IMG/VR virus record: IMGVR_UViG_3300012837_000001
Length of the DNA: 42,203 nt
Strand: one strand, 5' to 3'
DNA from: a virus
Made by a program: the position numbers and the translations under genes. The notes under the pieces were generated by a model. That model was not told the origin of the DNA, ran no database searches, and worked only from the letters and a program-made list of their open reading frames with translations. Below, piece after piece: positions 1-9,518 of this stretch (position 1 is its first letter; every line of letters starts with the position of its first letter).

Positions 1-123
1 CAAAGAGGCCTGACATGGCCGCTCGTAAGCAGCTCTGGCACCCTGATGCGGTGCGCGAAAAAATCCAGGCAAGTCAGCTCATCAACCGCCTGACGAAGCA
101 CGCGCTTTCCGACAAGCCAATAA
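1..123. repeat. Direct terminal repeat, copy 1 (identical to 42081..42203). The window is a circularly closed or terminally redundant 42,080-bp unit.
   Basis: Bases 1-123 (caaagaggcctgacatggccgctcg...gacaagccaataa) recur exactly at 42081-42203. The ORF ending at 42093 and the ORF starting at 15 (also 42095) read across the junction. Confidence 0.95.
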
Positions 124-278
124 TGGACGCATCGCAGGTCACGGCTGCCACGAAGCTGCTCGGCAAGGTTCTGCCTGATCTATCAGCGACCACGCTGTCA
201 GGCGGCCTCGACGTGACCACGCAGACCAAGGAACAGCGTGATGCCGCAGTCGCAGCGGCTGCAAGAGCTGACCGCTGA
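15..278 (+). CDS. Putative small terminase subunit (assigned by position only)
   Basis: 87-aa ORF with AGAGG upstream of the ATG, lying directly 5-prime of the large terminase. No diagnostic motif recognised. Confidence 0.45.
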   Translation: MAARKQLWHPDAVREKIQASQLINRLTKHALSDKPIMDASQVTAATKLLGKVLPDLSATTLSGGLDVTTQTKEQRDAAVAAAARADR

Positions 279-362
279 GGGGGATGACATGACCGTATCA
301 CTCAGGATGGCCAAGGCCGGCGTCGTTTATTCCCATGACGGCCACGGCCGCGTGACCAAGGC

Positions 363-1850
363 ATGGAAGCTCTCATGGCTGGAACGGCTAGTGCTGTCGC
401 GCTTACAGCAGAAGATTACGCGTTCTCCCGCCTGATATCGTATGCGGCCTACCAATGGCCGGGCTATCGGGACGCTCCACATCATAGGCTGATCGCAAGG
501 CATCTGGAGCAGGTTGAGCGGGGCGAGATCAAGCGCCTCATGATCACAATGCCGCCCCGGCACGGCAAGAGCATGCTGGCGAGCGAGTTTTTCCCGGCTT
601 GGTATCTCGGCAGGAACCCGGATCACTACGTTGTCACGGCCACATACGCGCAAGAGCTGGCTGACGATTTCGGGCGCAAGGTCAAGAACCAGATCGAGGA
701 CGCCGCCTTCCGGGCTGTGTTCCCTGGCGTTGGGCTTGCGGACGATAGCAAGAGCGCCAAGCGCTTTCACATCGAAGGCGAGGCTGGAGGCTACGAGCAT
801 TCGACAAGCCAGCGCGGCGCCTTCTACGCGGTAGGCGTCGGTGGCCCGCTGACAGGCCGAGGCGCGCATCTGCTGCTGATCGACGACCCGGTCAAGAACC
901 GGGAGGATGCGGAATCCGAGGTCATCCGGCGCAAGACAAAGGACTGGTACACGTCCACAGCCTACACGCGGCTTATGCCGGGCGGGCGGGTGGTCATCAT
1001 TCAAACCCGCTGGCACGAGGACGACCTGTCCGGTTGGCTGCTCGCAGACCACCAACATGAAGGCTGGGTGGTTCTCAATCTTCCGGCCATTGCGGATGAT
1101 GGGACGGCGCTCTGGCCTGAGCAATACGACGTGGCGGCGCTTGAGAAGATCAAGCTAGCGGTTGGGCCTCGCGATTGGTCAGCGCTCTATCAGCAGAGGC
1201 CAACGCCAGAGACCGGCGATTATTTCAAAAAGGAATGGATTCACCTCGTCGACCACCTCCCGCCGCTCGCTTCAACGATGAGGTATGGCGCGAGCGATTA
1301 TGCCGTGACCGCAGATGGTGGCGACTTCACCGTCCATGCCGTGTGCGGCTTAGACCAGTCCGGCGACCCCTGGCTTCTCGACCTTTGGCGGAAGCAGGCA
1401 AGCTCTGACAAGTGGGTGGACGCTTTCTGCGACCTTGTCCTGAAGTGGAAGCCTATCGGCTGGGCTGAAGAGACAGGCCAAATCAAGTCGGGTGTCGGCC
1501 CGTTCCTGTTGAAGCGGATGATGGAGCGCGAGGCCTACGTGGCCCGCGAGCAGTTCGCGACGAGAGGCGACAAGGCCGTACGGGCTCAGTCCTTCCGGGG
1601 CCTGATCGCAACGCGAGGGCTGCGCATCCACAAGGACGCGCCGTTCCTCACCGATTTGATCAACGAGATGATGAGCTTTCCGGTCGGTGTGCATGACGAC
1701 CAGGTCGACGCGCTTGGACTGGTTGGCCAGCTGATCGACCGGATGAGCAACGGCAACAAACCCAAAGCCGAGAAGCCCAAGCCCATTTACGCGGTTGAGG
1801 ATGGCTATGTCCTGGCTCCCGCACTTCCGGGTCAGAGAAGGCGGTATTGA
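363..1850 (+). CDS. terL: Terminase large subunit
   Basis: Walker A-like MITMPPRHGKS, Walker B-like HLLLIDDP, and C-terminal nuclease-type acidic motifs (QTRWHEDD, GVHDDQVDAL). Typical size of 495 aa and a position ahead of the portal. Confidence 0.92.
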   Translation: MEALMAGTASAVALTAEDYAFSRLISYAAYQWPGYRDAPHHRLIARHLEQVERGEIKRLMITMPPRHGKSMLASEFFPAWYLGRNPDHYVVTATYAQELADDFGRKVKNQIEDAAFRAVFPGVGLADDSKSAKRFHIEGEAGGYEHSTSQRGAFYAVGVGGPLTGRGAHLLLIDDPVKNREDAESEVIRRKTKDWYTSTAYTRLMPGGRVVIIQTRWHEDDLSGWLLADHQHEGWVVLNLPAIADDGTALWPEQYDVAALEKIKLAVGPRDWSALYQQRPTPETGDYFKKEWIHLVDHLPPLASTMRYGASDYAVTADGGDFTVHAVCGLDQSGDPWLLDLWRKQASSDKWVDAFCDLVLKWKPIGWAEETGQIKSGVGPFLLKRMMEREAYVAREQFATRGDKAVRAQSFRGLIATRGLRIHKDAPFLTDLINEMMSFPVGVHDDQVDALGLVGQLIDRMSNGNKPKAEKPKPIYAVEDGYVLAPALPGQRRRY

Positions 1851-2077
1851 TGCAAGTCGCATGGGAAATCATCAAATCCGCTCCGAAGGACGGGGCTGGG
1901 CGTGGGCCTGAGGGCGAGCGCGGGCCGTTTGTGTTGCTTACAGACGGAAAAGCCGTGTTCGTTGCCTTTTGGAATGGGGAGTATTGGTTCGACGGTTATT
2001 TCCGCAGGATCAGGGGGTTGACCCACTGGGCGCCTCTTCCCGATTTGCCCAAGCGCGGGGGTAAGCCGCGTGGCTGA
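1847..2077 (+). CDS. Small hypothetical protein, DUF551-like
   Basis: 76 aa. The C-terminal ...THWAPLPDLP resembles the DUF551 signature (THWMPLPEPP). Start and stop overlap terL and the portal gene (coupled). Confidence 0.45.
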   Translation: MMQVAWEIIKSAPKDGAGRGPEGERGPFVLLTDGKAVFVAFWNGEYWFDGYFRRIRGLTHWAPLPDLPKRGGKPRG

Positions 2078-4526
2078 CATCGATCAGGAAGACGCCGACA
2101 CGCTAGAGGTAGAGGGCGATACCAAGTCCTCCGCTGGCGTGCTCGCGGCTATCAAGAAGGCGGAAGGAGCCCTCAACGACTGGCAGGGTCTGTGCGACCG
2201 CATCGACGACGTTTACAGCCGGCGCGAGGCCTATTCCGAGGTCTGGCTAGACCCGGATTACGATCTCTTCTGGGCCTCAATGGAGATCATGAAGCCGGCT
2301 GTCTATGCCCGGCCGCCTGAGCCTGTCGTCTCACCTCAGTTCAAGGATCGCCGCCCGCTCCAGAACACCACAGCGGAGATGCTGGAGCGCACGGTCAAGT
2401 CGGCGTTCGACCGGTCAGCCATCGACGAGGGCATGGTCTGCACCCGCGATGACCTGATCTTCTACAACCGCGGCCAGCTTTGGCTCACCTACGAGAGCGA
2501 CGACGGGCAGAAGGTCTGCGTCGAGCACCTGGACCGCAAGGACTTCATTTACCCGCCGGCTCGCAAGTGGTCGGAACTTCCTTGGGTAGCGCGTCGCGCC
2601 TGGATGACGCGCAAGGAGCTTCGCAAGCGCTTCCGCAAGCATAGCGGCGATGCCTACAAGGACGCCATCACAACGCAGCCTGCGCATCGCGACGATGACG
2701 GGGCCGCGGATCATTCCCGCAAAGCCGGCGTCTGGGAAGTCTGGCACCGCTCCGACAAGCGCGTCTATTGGGTGACCGAAGGCGTCAGCGTCATGCTCGA
2801 CGAGGACGAGCCTCACCTGAAGCTGCGCGGCTTCTTCCCGTGCCCGCGTCCGGCATTCGGGACCATGCGCCCGCGCACCCTTGTGCCGGTGCCCGATTAC
2901 ATCCGTTACGCCGGCCACTTCCGCAAGATCAACAGCCTCACCAAGCGCATCTACGACCTTCTCGACATGGTCCGCATGAAGGGCCTGATCCCAGCCGGTG
3001 GCGACATCGGTGATGCGGTCGAGCAGGCCATGAAGGATGACCTCAACGCCTCGCTGTTGATCCCTGTCCCCGCCGCTGCGCTCATCTCGGGGGCCTCTGG
3101 CGGCTTCGTCCAGTGGATGCCTCTGGAGCAGATCGCCGCCGCCATCACCGGGCTTATCGAGGCCCGTCGCGAGTTGTTCAGCGACTATGACCGGCTGTCG
3201 GGCATCTCCGACATCATGCGCGGTGAGACCGAGGCTGACGAGACGCTGGGAGCCCAGCAGCTCAAGAGCCAGTACGGCAGTGTCCGTGTGCGAGAGAAGG
3301 TCGAGGAGCTACAGCGCATCGCCTGCGACGTGACGCGAATTGCCTCGGAGATTATGGCGGAGAACTTCTCTCAGGAGACGTTCCTCGAAATGTCTCAGAT
3401 GGAGATACCGACCAAGGCTGACATCGAAAAGCGGGTCAAGGCGATCGAGAAGGCGGCCGAGGGCGAGCTTAAGAGCCTGATGGAGAAGGCCAAGGAGATG
3501 GCGGCGGAGGCTCAGCAGGGCGGCGAGCAGGTCGACCCCGCCCAGGCCAAGCAGCAGTTCGAGCAGGCCCAGCAGCAGATCATCCAGAAGTACAGCGCCC
3601 GCCTCAAGATGGAAGAAGAGGTCGTGCCGATCGAGGACGTGATGAAGCTGCTGCGCGATGACAAGGCGCGGGGCTTTGCGTTCGAGATCGAGACGGACAG
3701 CACGATCCTTCAGGACGAGGCGCAGGAGAAGGCCTCGCGCAACGAGTTCTTGACCACCTTTGCAGGCGCCACGCAGGCGCTGACGCAAATGGCTGCGATG
3801 GGTGAGGAAGGGGCGAAGCTGGCCGGCGGCGTGCTGAAGTTCACGCTTCAGCCTTACCGCGTTGGCCGCGACCTGAACGCTCTGGTGGACGACTTCATTG
3901 ATGCCGCTCCCGCCATGGCTGCTCAGGCAGCAGGCGGTGAAGGCGAAGGCACTGCCGAGTTGGCCGCGGCCCAGAAGATGCTTGGCGAAGCGGAAATGCA
4001 GAAGGCCAAGGCCCAGACGATGAAGGTCGAAGCCGATAGCCGCCTGAAGGAAGCCGAGTTGCAAGGCAAGATGCAGGAGATGCAGGCAAAGGCCCTCAAG
4101 GATCAACGAGATTCGGAGATCAAGATCGGCCAGTTGCAGATGACCATGCACCAGCAGGAGCAGGACTTCGCTGCGAAGCTCGCGCTCACCGAGGCGCAGG
4201 TCAACAAGCTCCAGGCGGATACGGCCAAGATACTCAACTCGATCGGCCTCGATGTCCGCAAGCAGGACCTGGAGGAGTATCGGGCCGCTGAGGAATCGCA
4301 GGCCCGCGCGGTCGACCAGTCTCTTGCGGTCGAAGGCGCTGCTCGCGACGCTGACCTGGCAGAGCGCGGCGAGATGCGCGCCGATCGTCAGCAGGTTGTC
4401 GGGGAGCAGCAGGGCGCCCGGTCGGAAGAGCGCGCAGACCGCCAGCAGGACTTTAGCGAGCGCACCGGAGAGCGTCAGATGACGCTGGCCGAGCGCGAGG
4501 CGCAGCGGGAGCGGACAGATGCCTAA
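2070..4526 (+). CDS. Portal protein with a long C-terminal coiled-coil extension
   Basis: 818-aa ORF (GTG start) immediately after terL. It is acidic, and the last ~200 aa are E/Q/A/K/R-rich heptad-like sequence. Called from position, size and composition. Confidence 0.8.
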   Translation: MADIDQEDADTLEVEGDTKSSAGVLAAIKKAEGALNDWQGLCDRIDDVYSRREAYSEVWLDPDYDLFWASMEIMKPAVYARPPEPVVSPQFKDRRPLQNTTAEMLERTVKSAFDRSAIDEGMVCTRDDLIFYNRGQLWLTYESDDGQKVCVEHLDRKDFIYPPARKWSELPWVARRAWMTRKELRKRFRKHSGDAYKDAITTQPAHRDDDGAADHSRKAGVWEVWHRSDKRVYWVTEGVSVMLDEDEPHLKLRGFFPCPRPAFGTMRPRTLVPVPDYIRYAGHFRKINSLTKRIYDLLDMVRMKGLIPAGGDIGDAVEQAMKDDLNASLLIPVPAAALISGASGGFVQWMPLEQIAAAITGLIEARRELFSDYDRLSGISDIMRGETEADETLGAQQLKSQYGSVRVREKVEELQRIACDVTRIASEIMAENFSQETFLEMSQMEIPTKADIEKRVKAIEKAAEGELKSLMEKAKEMAAEAQQGGEQVDPAQAKQQFEQAQQQIIQKYSARLKMEEEVVPIEDVMKLLRDDKARGFAFEIETDSTILQDEAQEKASRNEFLTTFAGATQALTQMAAMGEEGAKLAGGVLKFTLQPYRVGRDLNALVDDFIDAAPAMAAQAAGGEGEGTAELAAAQKMLGEAEMQKAKAQTMKVEADSRLKEAELQGKMQEMQAKALKDQRDSEIKIGQLQMTMHQQEQDFAAKLALTEAQVNKLQADTAKILNSIGLDVRKQDLEEYRAAEESQARAVDQSLAVEGAARDADLAERGEMRADRQQVVGEQQGARSEERADRQQDFSERTGERQMTLAEREAQRERTDA

Positions 4527-4689
4527 CGGCTTTCCCGTCGTCATCGTCGAGAGCGGCGGAATCCCTGTTGTTCAAGTCGACGCAAATGCTCCGCTCGCGA
4601 CGATCGCATCTAACGGCCTCGGTGTTGCAATCACCCTCGTTGAAGCGAACGGGACCCCGCTCGTTATCCAAGAACCCGAAGGAGAATAA
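4519..4689 (+). CDS. Unlisted small ORF, 56 aa (MPNGFPVVIVESGGIPVVQVDANAPLATIASNGLGVAITLVEANGTPLVIQEPEGE)
   Basis: Its ATG overlaps the portal stop (ATGCCTAA). Its stop lies 2 nt before the next ATG at 4692, and the ORF fills the gap exactly. It is below the 60-aa cut-off of the track. Confidence 0.4.
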   Translation: MPNGFPVVIVESGGIPVVQVDANAPLATIASNGLGVAITLVEANGTPLVIQEPEGE

Positions 4690-4691
4690 CA

Positions 4692-4970
4692 ATGGCTGCG
4701 AATGCCCAGCGACTCGTTGAATTGAGCATGGTGCCTGAGTTGGCGAAAGAGGTCGCCAGCCAGATGAACACCGGCACGCTCCAGATCGGCACGACCGGCA
4801 CAACCGCGATGGCCGGAAACCGCACCCCGACCGCTACGATCCGCGGCGGCGTGCTCCAGCAGGCGACGATCGCTGATCTGGCCGGCGGCGCCGATGCTGC
4901 GACCATCGTGACCAAGGTCAACGCCCTGTTGGCTGCGCTTGAAGCGGCCGGCGTGCTCGCGTCGAGCTAA
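4692..4970 (+). CDS. Hypothetical head-module protein
   Basis: 92-aa ORF with GAAGGAG upstream of the ATG, in the head-gene series. No motif recognised. Confidence 0.55.
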   Translation: MAANAQRLVELSMVPELAKEVASQMNTGTLQIGTTGTTAMAGNRTPTATIRGGVLQQATIADLAGGADAATIVTKVNALLAALEAAGVLASS

Positions 4971-4973
4971 TCC

Positions 4974-5309
4974 ATGTCCTACGCCTGGGTCGATCTTGGG
5001 GACGGGCGTTCCCGCTTCCGCAAGGTACGGGAAGCCGCCCCGTCGCAGCGATCCGATCTCCCGGCCCCGCTCGTCATGCGCGACACCTTCGACGAGCCCG
5101 TGCAGTCGATGGCGGACGGCAAGTTCTACACCTCCAAGCGCGGGCTCTCGGCATCGCACAGGGCTGGCGGCTTCGTCGAACTAGGCAATGAAGAGTTGCC
5201 CGTTGTCGAGCACAAGACCTGCGAAAAGACCCTTCGCGATGACATCCGCGCCGCGATGGCTGACGTGAAAGCCGGCAAGCTGCCGCACGTCGTCACCCTC
5301 GACGACTGA
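4974..5309 (+). CDS. Hypothetical head-module protein
   Basis: 111-aa ORF tightly packed after the previous gene. Confidence 0.55.
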   Translation: MSYAWVDLGDGRSRFRKVREAAPSQRSDLPAPLVMRDTFDEPVQSMADGKFYTSKRGLSASHRAGGFVELGNEELPVVEHKTCEKTLRDDIRAAMADVKAGKLPHVVTLDD

Positions 5310-5343
5310 CCCTCCGCCTCCTTCTCAGACAAGGAAATCTGTC

Positions 5344-6594
5344 ATGGACTCCACGGCTCTTCAGCCGGGGACGCCGGCCGCTGAGCCGTCGTCTACCGTC
5401 GTCAATCCCAGCACCATCGAGCACATCAGCGGCGGCGGCAAAACCGCCCTGACCGAGAAGGACGAAAGCGGCTCTGTCGAGTCCGTCCTTGAGGCCGAAC
5501 TGGCAGATATGAAGGCAAAGGAAACCAAGGCCGACAAGCCGGCCGGCAAGACCGAAGACGATGGCAAGGAGAAGCCTGAAGCCAAGGCGAAGGACGAGAA
5601 GGACGAGGATAAGCCGGCCAAGACCCGCGCTGAAGACGGCAAGTTCGCCAAGGCTGAGAAGGCAGAAGCCGACCCTGACGCCAAGGCTGAAAAGGGCGCG
5701 CCTGCAAAGGCCGCAACCGGGCAGGAGGGTTCGGAGCGCCGAACGTCTGAGGGGAGGCATCCCGAGCCGCCTGCCCGGTTCCTGCCGGAAGCCCGCGCCA
5801 AGTGGGCAAACGTGCCCAACGAGGTCAAGGCGGAGATCCAGCGCGTCTCGCAGGAGATGGAGCAGGAGAACCAGGGCTTCAAGGCCTCGCATGAGCGCTA
5901 CACGCAGCTCAAGGATTATGACGACCTCGCCAAGTCCAATGGCCGCGACCTTCGCGAGAGCCTGGCCAAGGTCAACGAGATCGAGAACGCCATTGCCCGC
6001 AACCCCATCGAAGGGCTGGACGCCGTTCTTCGAGAGATCGGGCCGCGCAAGCAGGATGGCTCGCCGCTCACCATCATGGACGTGGCGCAGTACCTGACGC
6101 AGAACCCGCAGGCTTACCAGGCTCTCGCCGCTGCCCAGCACATGCCGCAGCCAGCCGCACCGCAGGCCAATCCCGAAATCGAGCAGCTACGGGCACAGGT
6201 CAACACCCTGCTTACCAAGCAGGCCACAAGCGAATTTCTTCCCGTCGTCGAGAAGTTCTCCGATGGGAAACCAGACTTCGAAGCCGTCGCAGAGGCGATG
6301 GAAACTATCCTCAAAGAGGGCTTCGTTGAGAAACTCTTCGGCTCCGGCTTGTCGCAGGAACAGAGGATGTCGGAAGCATATCGGATGGCTGGCGGGCAGT
6401 ACCTGTCTTCACGTTCCGAGGCCGACCCTCTCCCCGCGCACTCCGAGGCCCCGCCTCCGCGTCCTGTCAATCCTGACGCCGGCAAGAAATCCGTTCGGGG
6501 CGCTCCCGCTGATGGCACTGACACCAGCGTGGACGATACCGATTCCGACGACATCCGCGAGATGCTCCGCAAGCAGTTGCGCGCGTCCGCATAG
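5344..6594 (+). CDS. Putative scaffolding protein
   Basis: 416 aa, with a very K/E/D/A-rich N-terminal half (KAKDEKDEDKPAKTRAEDGKFAKAEKAEADPDAKAEK). It lies immediately upstream of the major capsid gene. Confidence 0.65.
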   Translation: MDSTALQPGTPAAEPSSTVVNPSTIEHISGGGKTALTEKDESGSVESVLEAELADMKAKETKADKPAGKTEDDGKEKPEAKAKDEKDEDKPAKTRAEDGKFAKAEKAEADPDAKAEKGAPAKAATGQEGSERRTSEGRHPEPPARFLPEARAKWANVPNEVKAEIQRVSQEMEQENQGFKASHERYTQLKDYDDLAKSNGRDLRESLAKVNEIENAIARNPIEGLDAVLREIGPRKQDGSPLTIMDVAQYLTQNPQAYQALAAAQHMPQPAAPQANPEIEQLRAQVNTLLTKQATSEFLPVVEKFSDGKPDFEAVAEAMETILKEGFVEKLFGSGLSQEQRMSEAYRMAGGQYLSSRSEADPLPAHSEAPPPRPVNPDAGKKSVRGAPADGTDTSVDDTDSDDIREMLRKQLRASA

Positions 6595-6613
6595 CCCTTG
6601 AAAGGGTACCCCT

Positions 6614-7627
6614 ATGGCAATCGTTGAGGACCGCAATTATCGTCAGCTCCTGACCGCCGCTGTCGCCAAGCGCCAGAAGCAGATTCAGGACATCGTCTAC
6701 AACGCCACGCCGCTGACCAAGCTCCTGCGTGATCAGGGTCGCATCCAGGTCAAGCGCGCGGGCGGCCCCGAGCTTCGTATCCCGATCGAGTTCGACAAGC
6801 TCCAGGCGCAGTGGTTCACCGGCTACGACAAGATCGAGATCACGCCCAAGGAGCTGCTCAACTCGGCAGTCTTCAACTGGTCGCGTGTCGTCTCGATGTT
6901 CTCGCTGACCGGCACCGAACTGCTCTATACCCGTGGCGAGGAAGAGATCATCGACCTCATGGCGTTCTACGTCCGCTCCGCGGAAAAGAGCGTGAAGGAG
7001 GAGTTCGAGACTTCGATCATCGGTGACGGCACCGGCTCAGGCGGGCGCCAGATGATCGGCTTCGGCGGCGCGATCCCGATCGTCACGAATACCGGCGTCT
7101 ACGGCGGCATCGATCGTGCGGACGTGGCCAACTGGCGCACCTCCTACTTCAACGCCACCACGGACTTCACGGACATCGGCACGACCTGGGACAGCACGAC
7201 CGCTCGCGCTATCATCAATCGGATCACTCTGAACCGTTCGCGCAACGGACAGTATGCCGACCTGCTGATTGCCGACGCTCTCGCCTACCAGGCCATCGAC
7301 AGTTCGATCGTCGCGCATCAGCGCATCGTCTCGGAGCGTCTCGGCAAGCTCGGCTTCGCCGGCCTGACCTACATCACCCCGGCCGGTCCCGTCGACATCG
7401 TGGCCGCGGGCGGTGTCGGCAACGTCATGACGCCGAACACCATCTTCGGCATCGATACGTCCTCGCTGTCCATCTACGAGTTCCCCGGCCAGTCCTTCGT
7501 GCCGTTCCACCCTGGCGACGGGATGCGTCCCATCAACCAGGACGCGGTCGCGCAGGGCATCGTCTGGTCCGGCCAGCTCGTCCTTGAAAACCCGCTCTTC
7601 ACCTGGCGCCTCAAGACGGTCGCCTGA
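6614..7627 (+). CDS. Major capsid protein
   Basis: 337-aa ORF after the scaffold gene, with typical size and position. A strong terminator follows the next small gene. Confidence 0.8.
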   Translation: MAIVEDRNYRQLLTAAVAKRQKQIQDIVYNATPLTKLLRDQGRIQVKRAGGPELRIPIEFDKLQAQWFTGYDKIEITPKELLNSAVFNWSRVVSMFSLTGTELLYTRGEEEIIDLMAFYVRSAEKSVKEEFETSIIGDGTGSGGRQMIGFGGAIPIVTNTGVYGGIDRADVANWRTSYFNATTDFTDIGTTWDSTTARAIINRITLNRSRNGQYADLLIADALAYQAIDSSIVAHQRIVSERLGKLGFAGLTYITPAGPVDIVAAGGVGNVMTPNTIFGIDTSSLSIYEFPGQSFVPFHPGDGMRPINQDAVAQGIVWSGQLVLENPLFTWRLKTVA

Positions 7628-7651
7628 GCGTAACGAGAAAGGAGAAGCAAC

Positions 7652-8020
7652 ATGGCAAACTCTGTCCCCTTCCGCACCACGCCGCAGCTCGGCCCGCAGC
7701 TCGACGACGTGTTCACCGGCTTGCCCTACTGGGACATGACCGGCGTCACCGATGGCGGCACGGTCGTCAGCGGCGTCACGTCACCGTCCTACAAGCTCGG
7801 CAACGTCGAGATGGGCGATGATGGGCGCGAATATTACTGGGTCCAGGCCTCGGCCGACATCGCGGCCACGGCCACGACCGGCACGCAGGTCACGATGACC
7901 GTCCCGGCCTTCACGGTCGCGACGGGTGCCGGCGGGTTCTACACCCCCGTCAACACGGCGATCGTCAGCGGCCAGTATTTCCACGTCAGCCGCGGCGCGA
8001 AGAACGCCGTCCCGGCCTGA
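7652..8020 (+). CDS. Hypothetical protein, possibly a capsid decoration or cement protein
   Basis: 122 aa with GGAGAAG upstream of the ATG. It lies directly after the capsid gene and before the terminator at 8047. Confidence 0.5.
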   Translation: MANSVPFRTTPQLGPQLDDVFTGLPYWDMTGVTDGGTVVSGVTSPSYKLGNVEMGDDGREYYWVQASADIAATATTGTQVTMTVPAFTVATGAGGFYTPVNTAIVSGQYFHVSRGAKNAVPA

Positions 8021-8046
8021 TCGGCTTCATAGCCTAACGACAACGA

Positions 8047-8075
8047 GGGTCGCCCTAACCGGCGGCCCTTTTTCG
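8047..8075 (+). terminator. Rho-independent terminator after the capsid genes
   Basis: GGGTCGCC-ctaacc-GGCGGCCC: an 8-bp stem with one G-U pair, followed by TTTTTCGTT. Confidence 0.75.
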
Positions 8076-8097
8076 TTCCCCTCAGAGGAGAATTCCC

Positions 8098-8811
8098 ATG
8101 GCCCTTTCGGTCCCGATCGATACCCGCGACATCACCATCACGCCCGTCTTCAAGCACATCACCGTCGAGGACGTGCCCGCCTCAGAGCGGGAGCAGCGCC
8201 CGGTGATGAAGACGCTGGAGGTGGTGGAAGTCCGCTTCGCCGGCTCCAAGCTTTATTCGCCCGTCTTCCCGACCGATGCCTTCTGGAAGCGCGATGGTCA
8301 CAAGATCATCACCTATGCCGAGCGCTGGTCCGAGCAGTACCGCGAGTTCCTGGAAGGCCGCGACCAGAAGGCCACCGGCACGCCGCTGGAGATGCTGAAG
8401 ACCTACGGCATTTCGGATTCACAGCTCTCTCTCTGCCGCGCGCTGAAGATCTACAGCATCGAGGCGCTGCACCATCTTGAAGGGACCAACCTCAAGAGCC
8501 TTCAGATGAACGCCAATCCTTTGAAGGAGATGGCCAGGAGCTACATGGCAGACCGCGCGACGGGCGCGTCTGTCTCCAGCGAGATCGAATCTCTGCGGGC
8601 CGAGGTGGAGCGCCTCACCAAAGCAATCCCCGCGGCGGAGCCGACGCCGGCCGAGATCGAGCAGGCCATCGCCACGGCTGATGCCGAGTTCGAGGCGATG
8701 GACGATGCCGCGCTGAAGGCCTTCATCAAGGCGAAGACCGGCCGCGCCCCGACCGGGACGCCCGGCCATGATTGGCTGGTCAACACTGCTCGTGAACTGG
8801 CGGCCGCCTGA
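8098..8811 (+). CDS. Hypothetical virion-module protein
   Basis: 237-aa ORF with GAGGAG upstream of the ATG, in the head-tail joining region. Confidence 0.65.
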   Translation: MALSVPIDTRDITITPVFKHITVEDVPASEREQRPVMKTLEVVEVRFAGSKLYSPVFPTDAFWKRDGHKIITYAERWSEQYREFLEGRDQKATGTPLEMLKTYGISDSQLSLCRALKIYSIEALHHLEGTNLKSLQMNANPLKEMARSYMADRATGASVSSEIESLRAEVERLTKAIPAAEPTPAEIEQAIATADAEFEAMDDAALKAFIKAKTGRAPTGTPGHDWLVNTARELAAA

Positions 8812-8813
8812 CC

Positions 8814-9515
8814 ATGACGGTCCTCAGCGCGTGCCAATCAGCGATGGTGAGACTAGTGGGGCGCAAGCCCCAGACGGTCTTCTCGTCGACGCAGCAGATG
8901 GAGATGGAACTTGCCGACCTTGCCACCGATGTGGCGGTCGACATCATGGGCTCCCATGATTGGCGCGCGCTGACCAAGTTCGAAACGCTGACGGGCGATG
9001 GGTCACAGACGGAGTTCGACCTTCCTGACGACTACGACCGCATCGTCCTCGCTCAGGGCGTCACGGACACCAACAATTGGCTGTGGGGCTACACCCCGGC
9101 CGCCAGCCTCCAGGATTGGATGGTCATCACCAGCAGCGGCTTCACCGCGGTCACGCCGGGCTGGTGGATCATTCTCGACGGCAAGATGCAGTTCTCGCCG
9201 GCCCCGTCCAGCGGGAGCCCTGCCAAGTTCTCTTATATCAGTCGCAACATCGGGAGGGCAGCCAACGGCTCGACGCCGATCTCTGTGTTCTCGGATGATG
9301 GCGACTCCTTCGTTCTCGACGAGCGCCTTCTGACCCTTGGCGTCATCTGGCGCTGGAAGGCTCAGAAGGGCATGGAGTATGCGGAGGACATGGCCAACTA
9401 CGAGAAGGCCTTCAGCGAAAACGCCGCCCGTGACAAGGGCTCTCAGGCCATCCGCAAAGGCTTCCCCAATCGGATGCCGGGCACGCATCTCGCCTGGCCT
9501 TGGGCATTGGGGTAG
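8814..9515 (+). CDS. Hypothetical virion-module protein (possible adaptor or tail tubular A-like, by position)
   Basis: 233-aa ORF packed between neighbouring structural genes. Confidence 0.6.
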   Translation: MTVLSACQSAMVRLVGRKPQTVFSSTQQMEMELADLATDVAVDIMGSHDWRALTKFETLTGDGSQTEFDLPDDYDRIVLAQGVTDTNNWLWGYTPAASLQDWMVITSSGFTAVTPGWWIILDGKMQFSPAPSSGSPAKFSYISRNIGRAANGSTPISVFSDDGDSFVLDERLLTLGVIWRWKAQKGMEYAEDMANYEKAFSENAARDKGSQAIRKGFPNRMPGTHLAWPWALG

Positions 9516-9518
9516 GCC

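Noticed and set aside
238-435. 65-aa ORF bridging the small and large terminase genes (possible frameshift product or separate gene).
   Set aside because: It overlaps both neighbours out of frame. It has no slippery sequence or motif support. The terL start at 363 gives a normal N-terminus.
3309-4544. Long antisense ORFs opposite clearly coding genes. Examples: 3309-4544 (-), 327-1124 (-), 9003-10562 (-), 13220-14164 (-), 20413-21306 (-), 26362-27801 (-), 40415-41140 (-).
   Set aside because: They overlap genes with strong motif support (portal, terL, tail protein, lysozyme, integrase). They have Arg/Gly/Pro/Leu-rich, low-information composition. They are the expected stop-poor shadow frames of GC-rich DNA.
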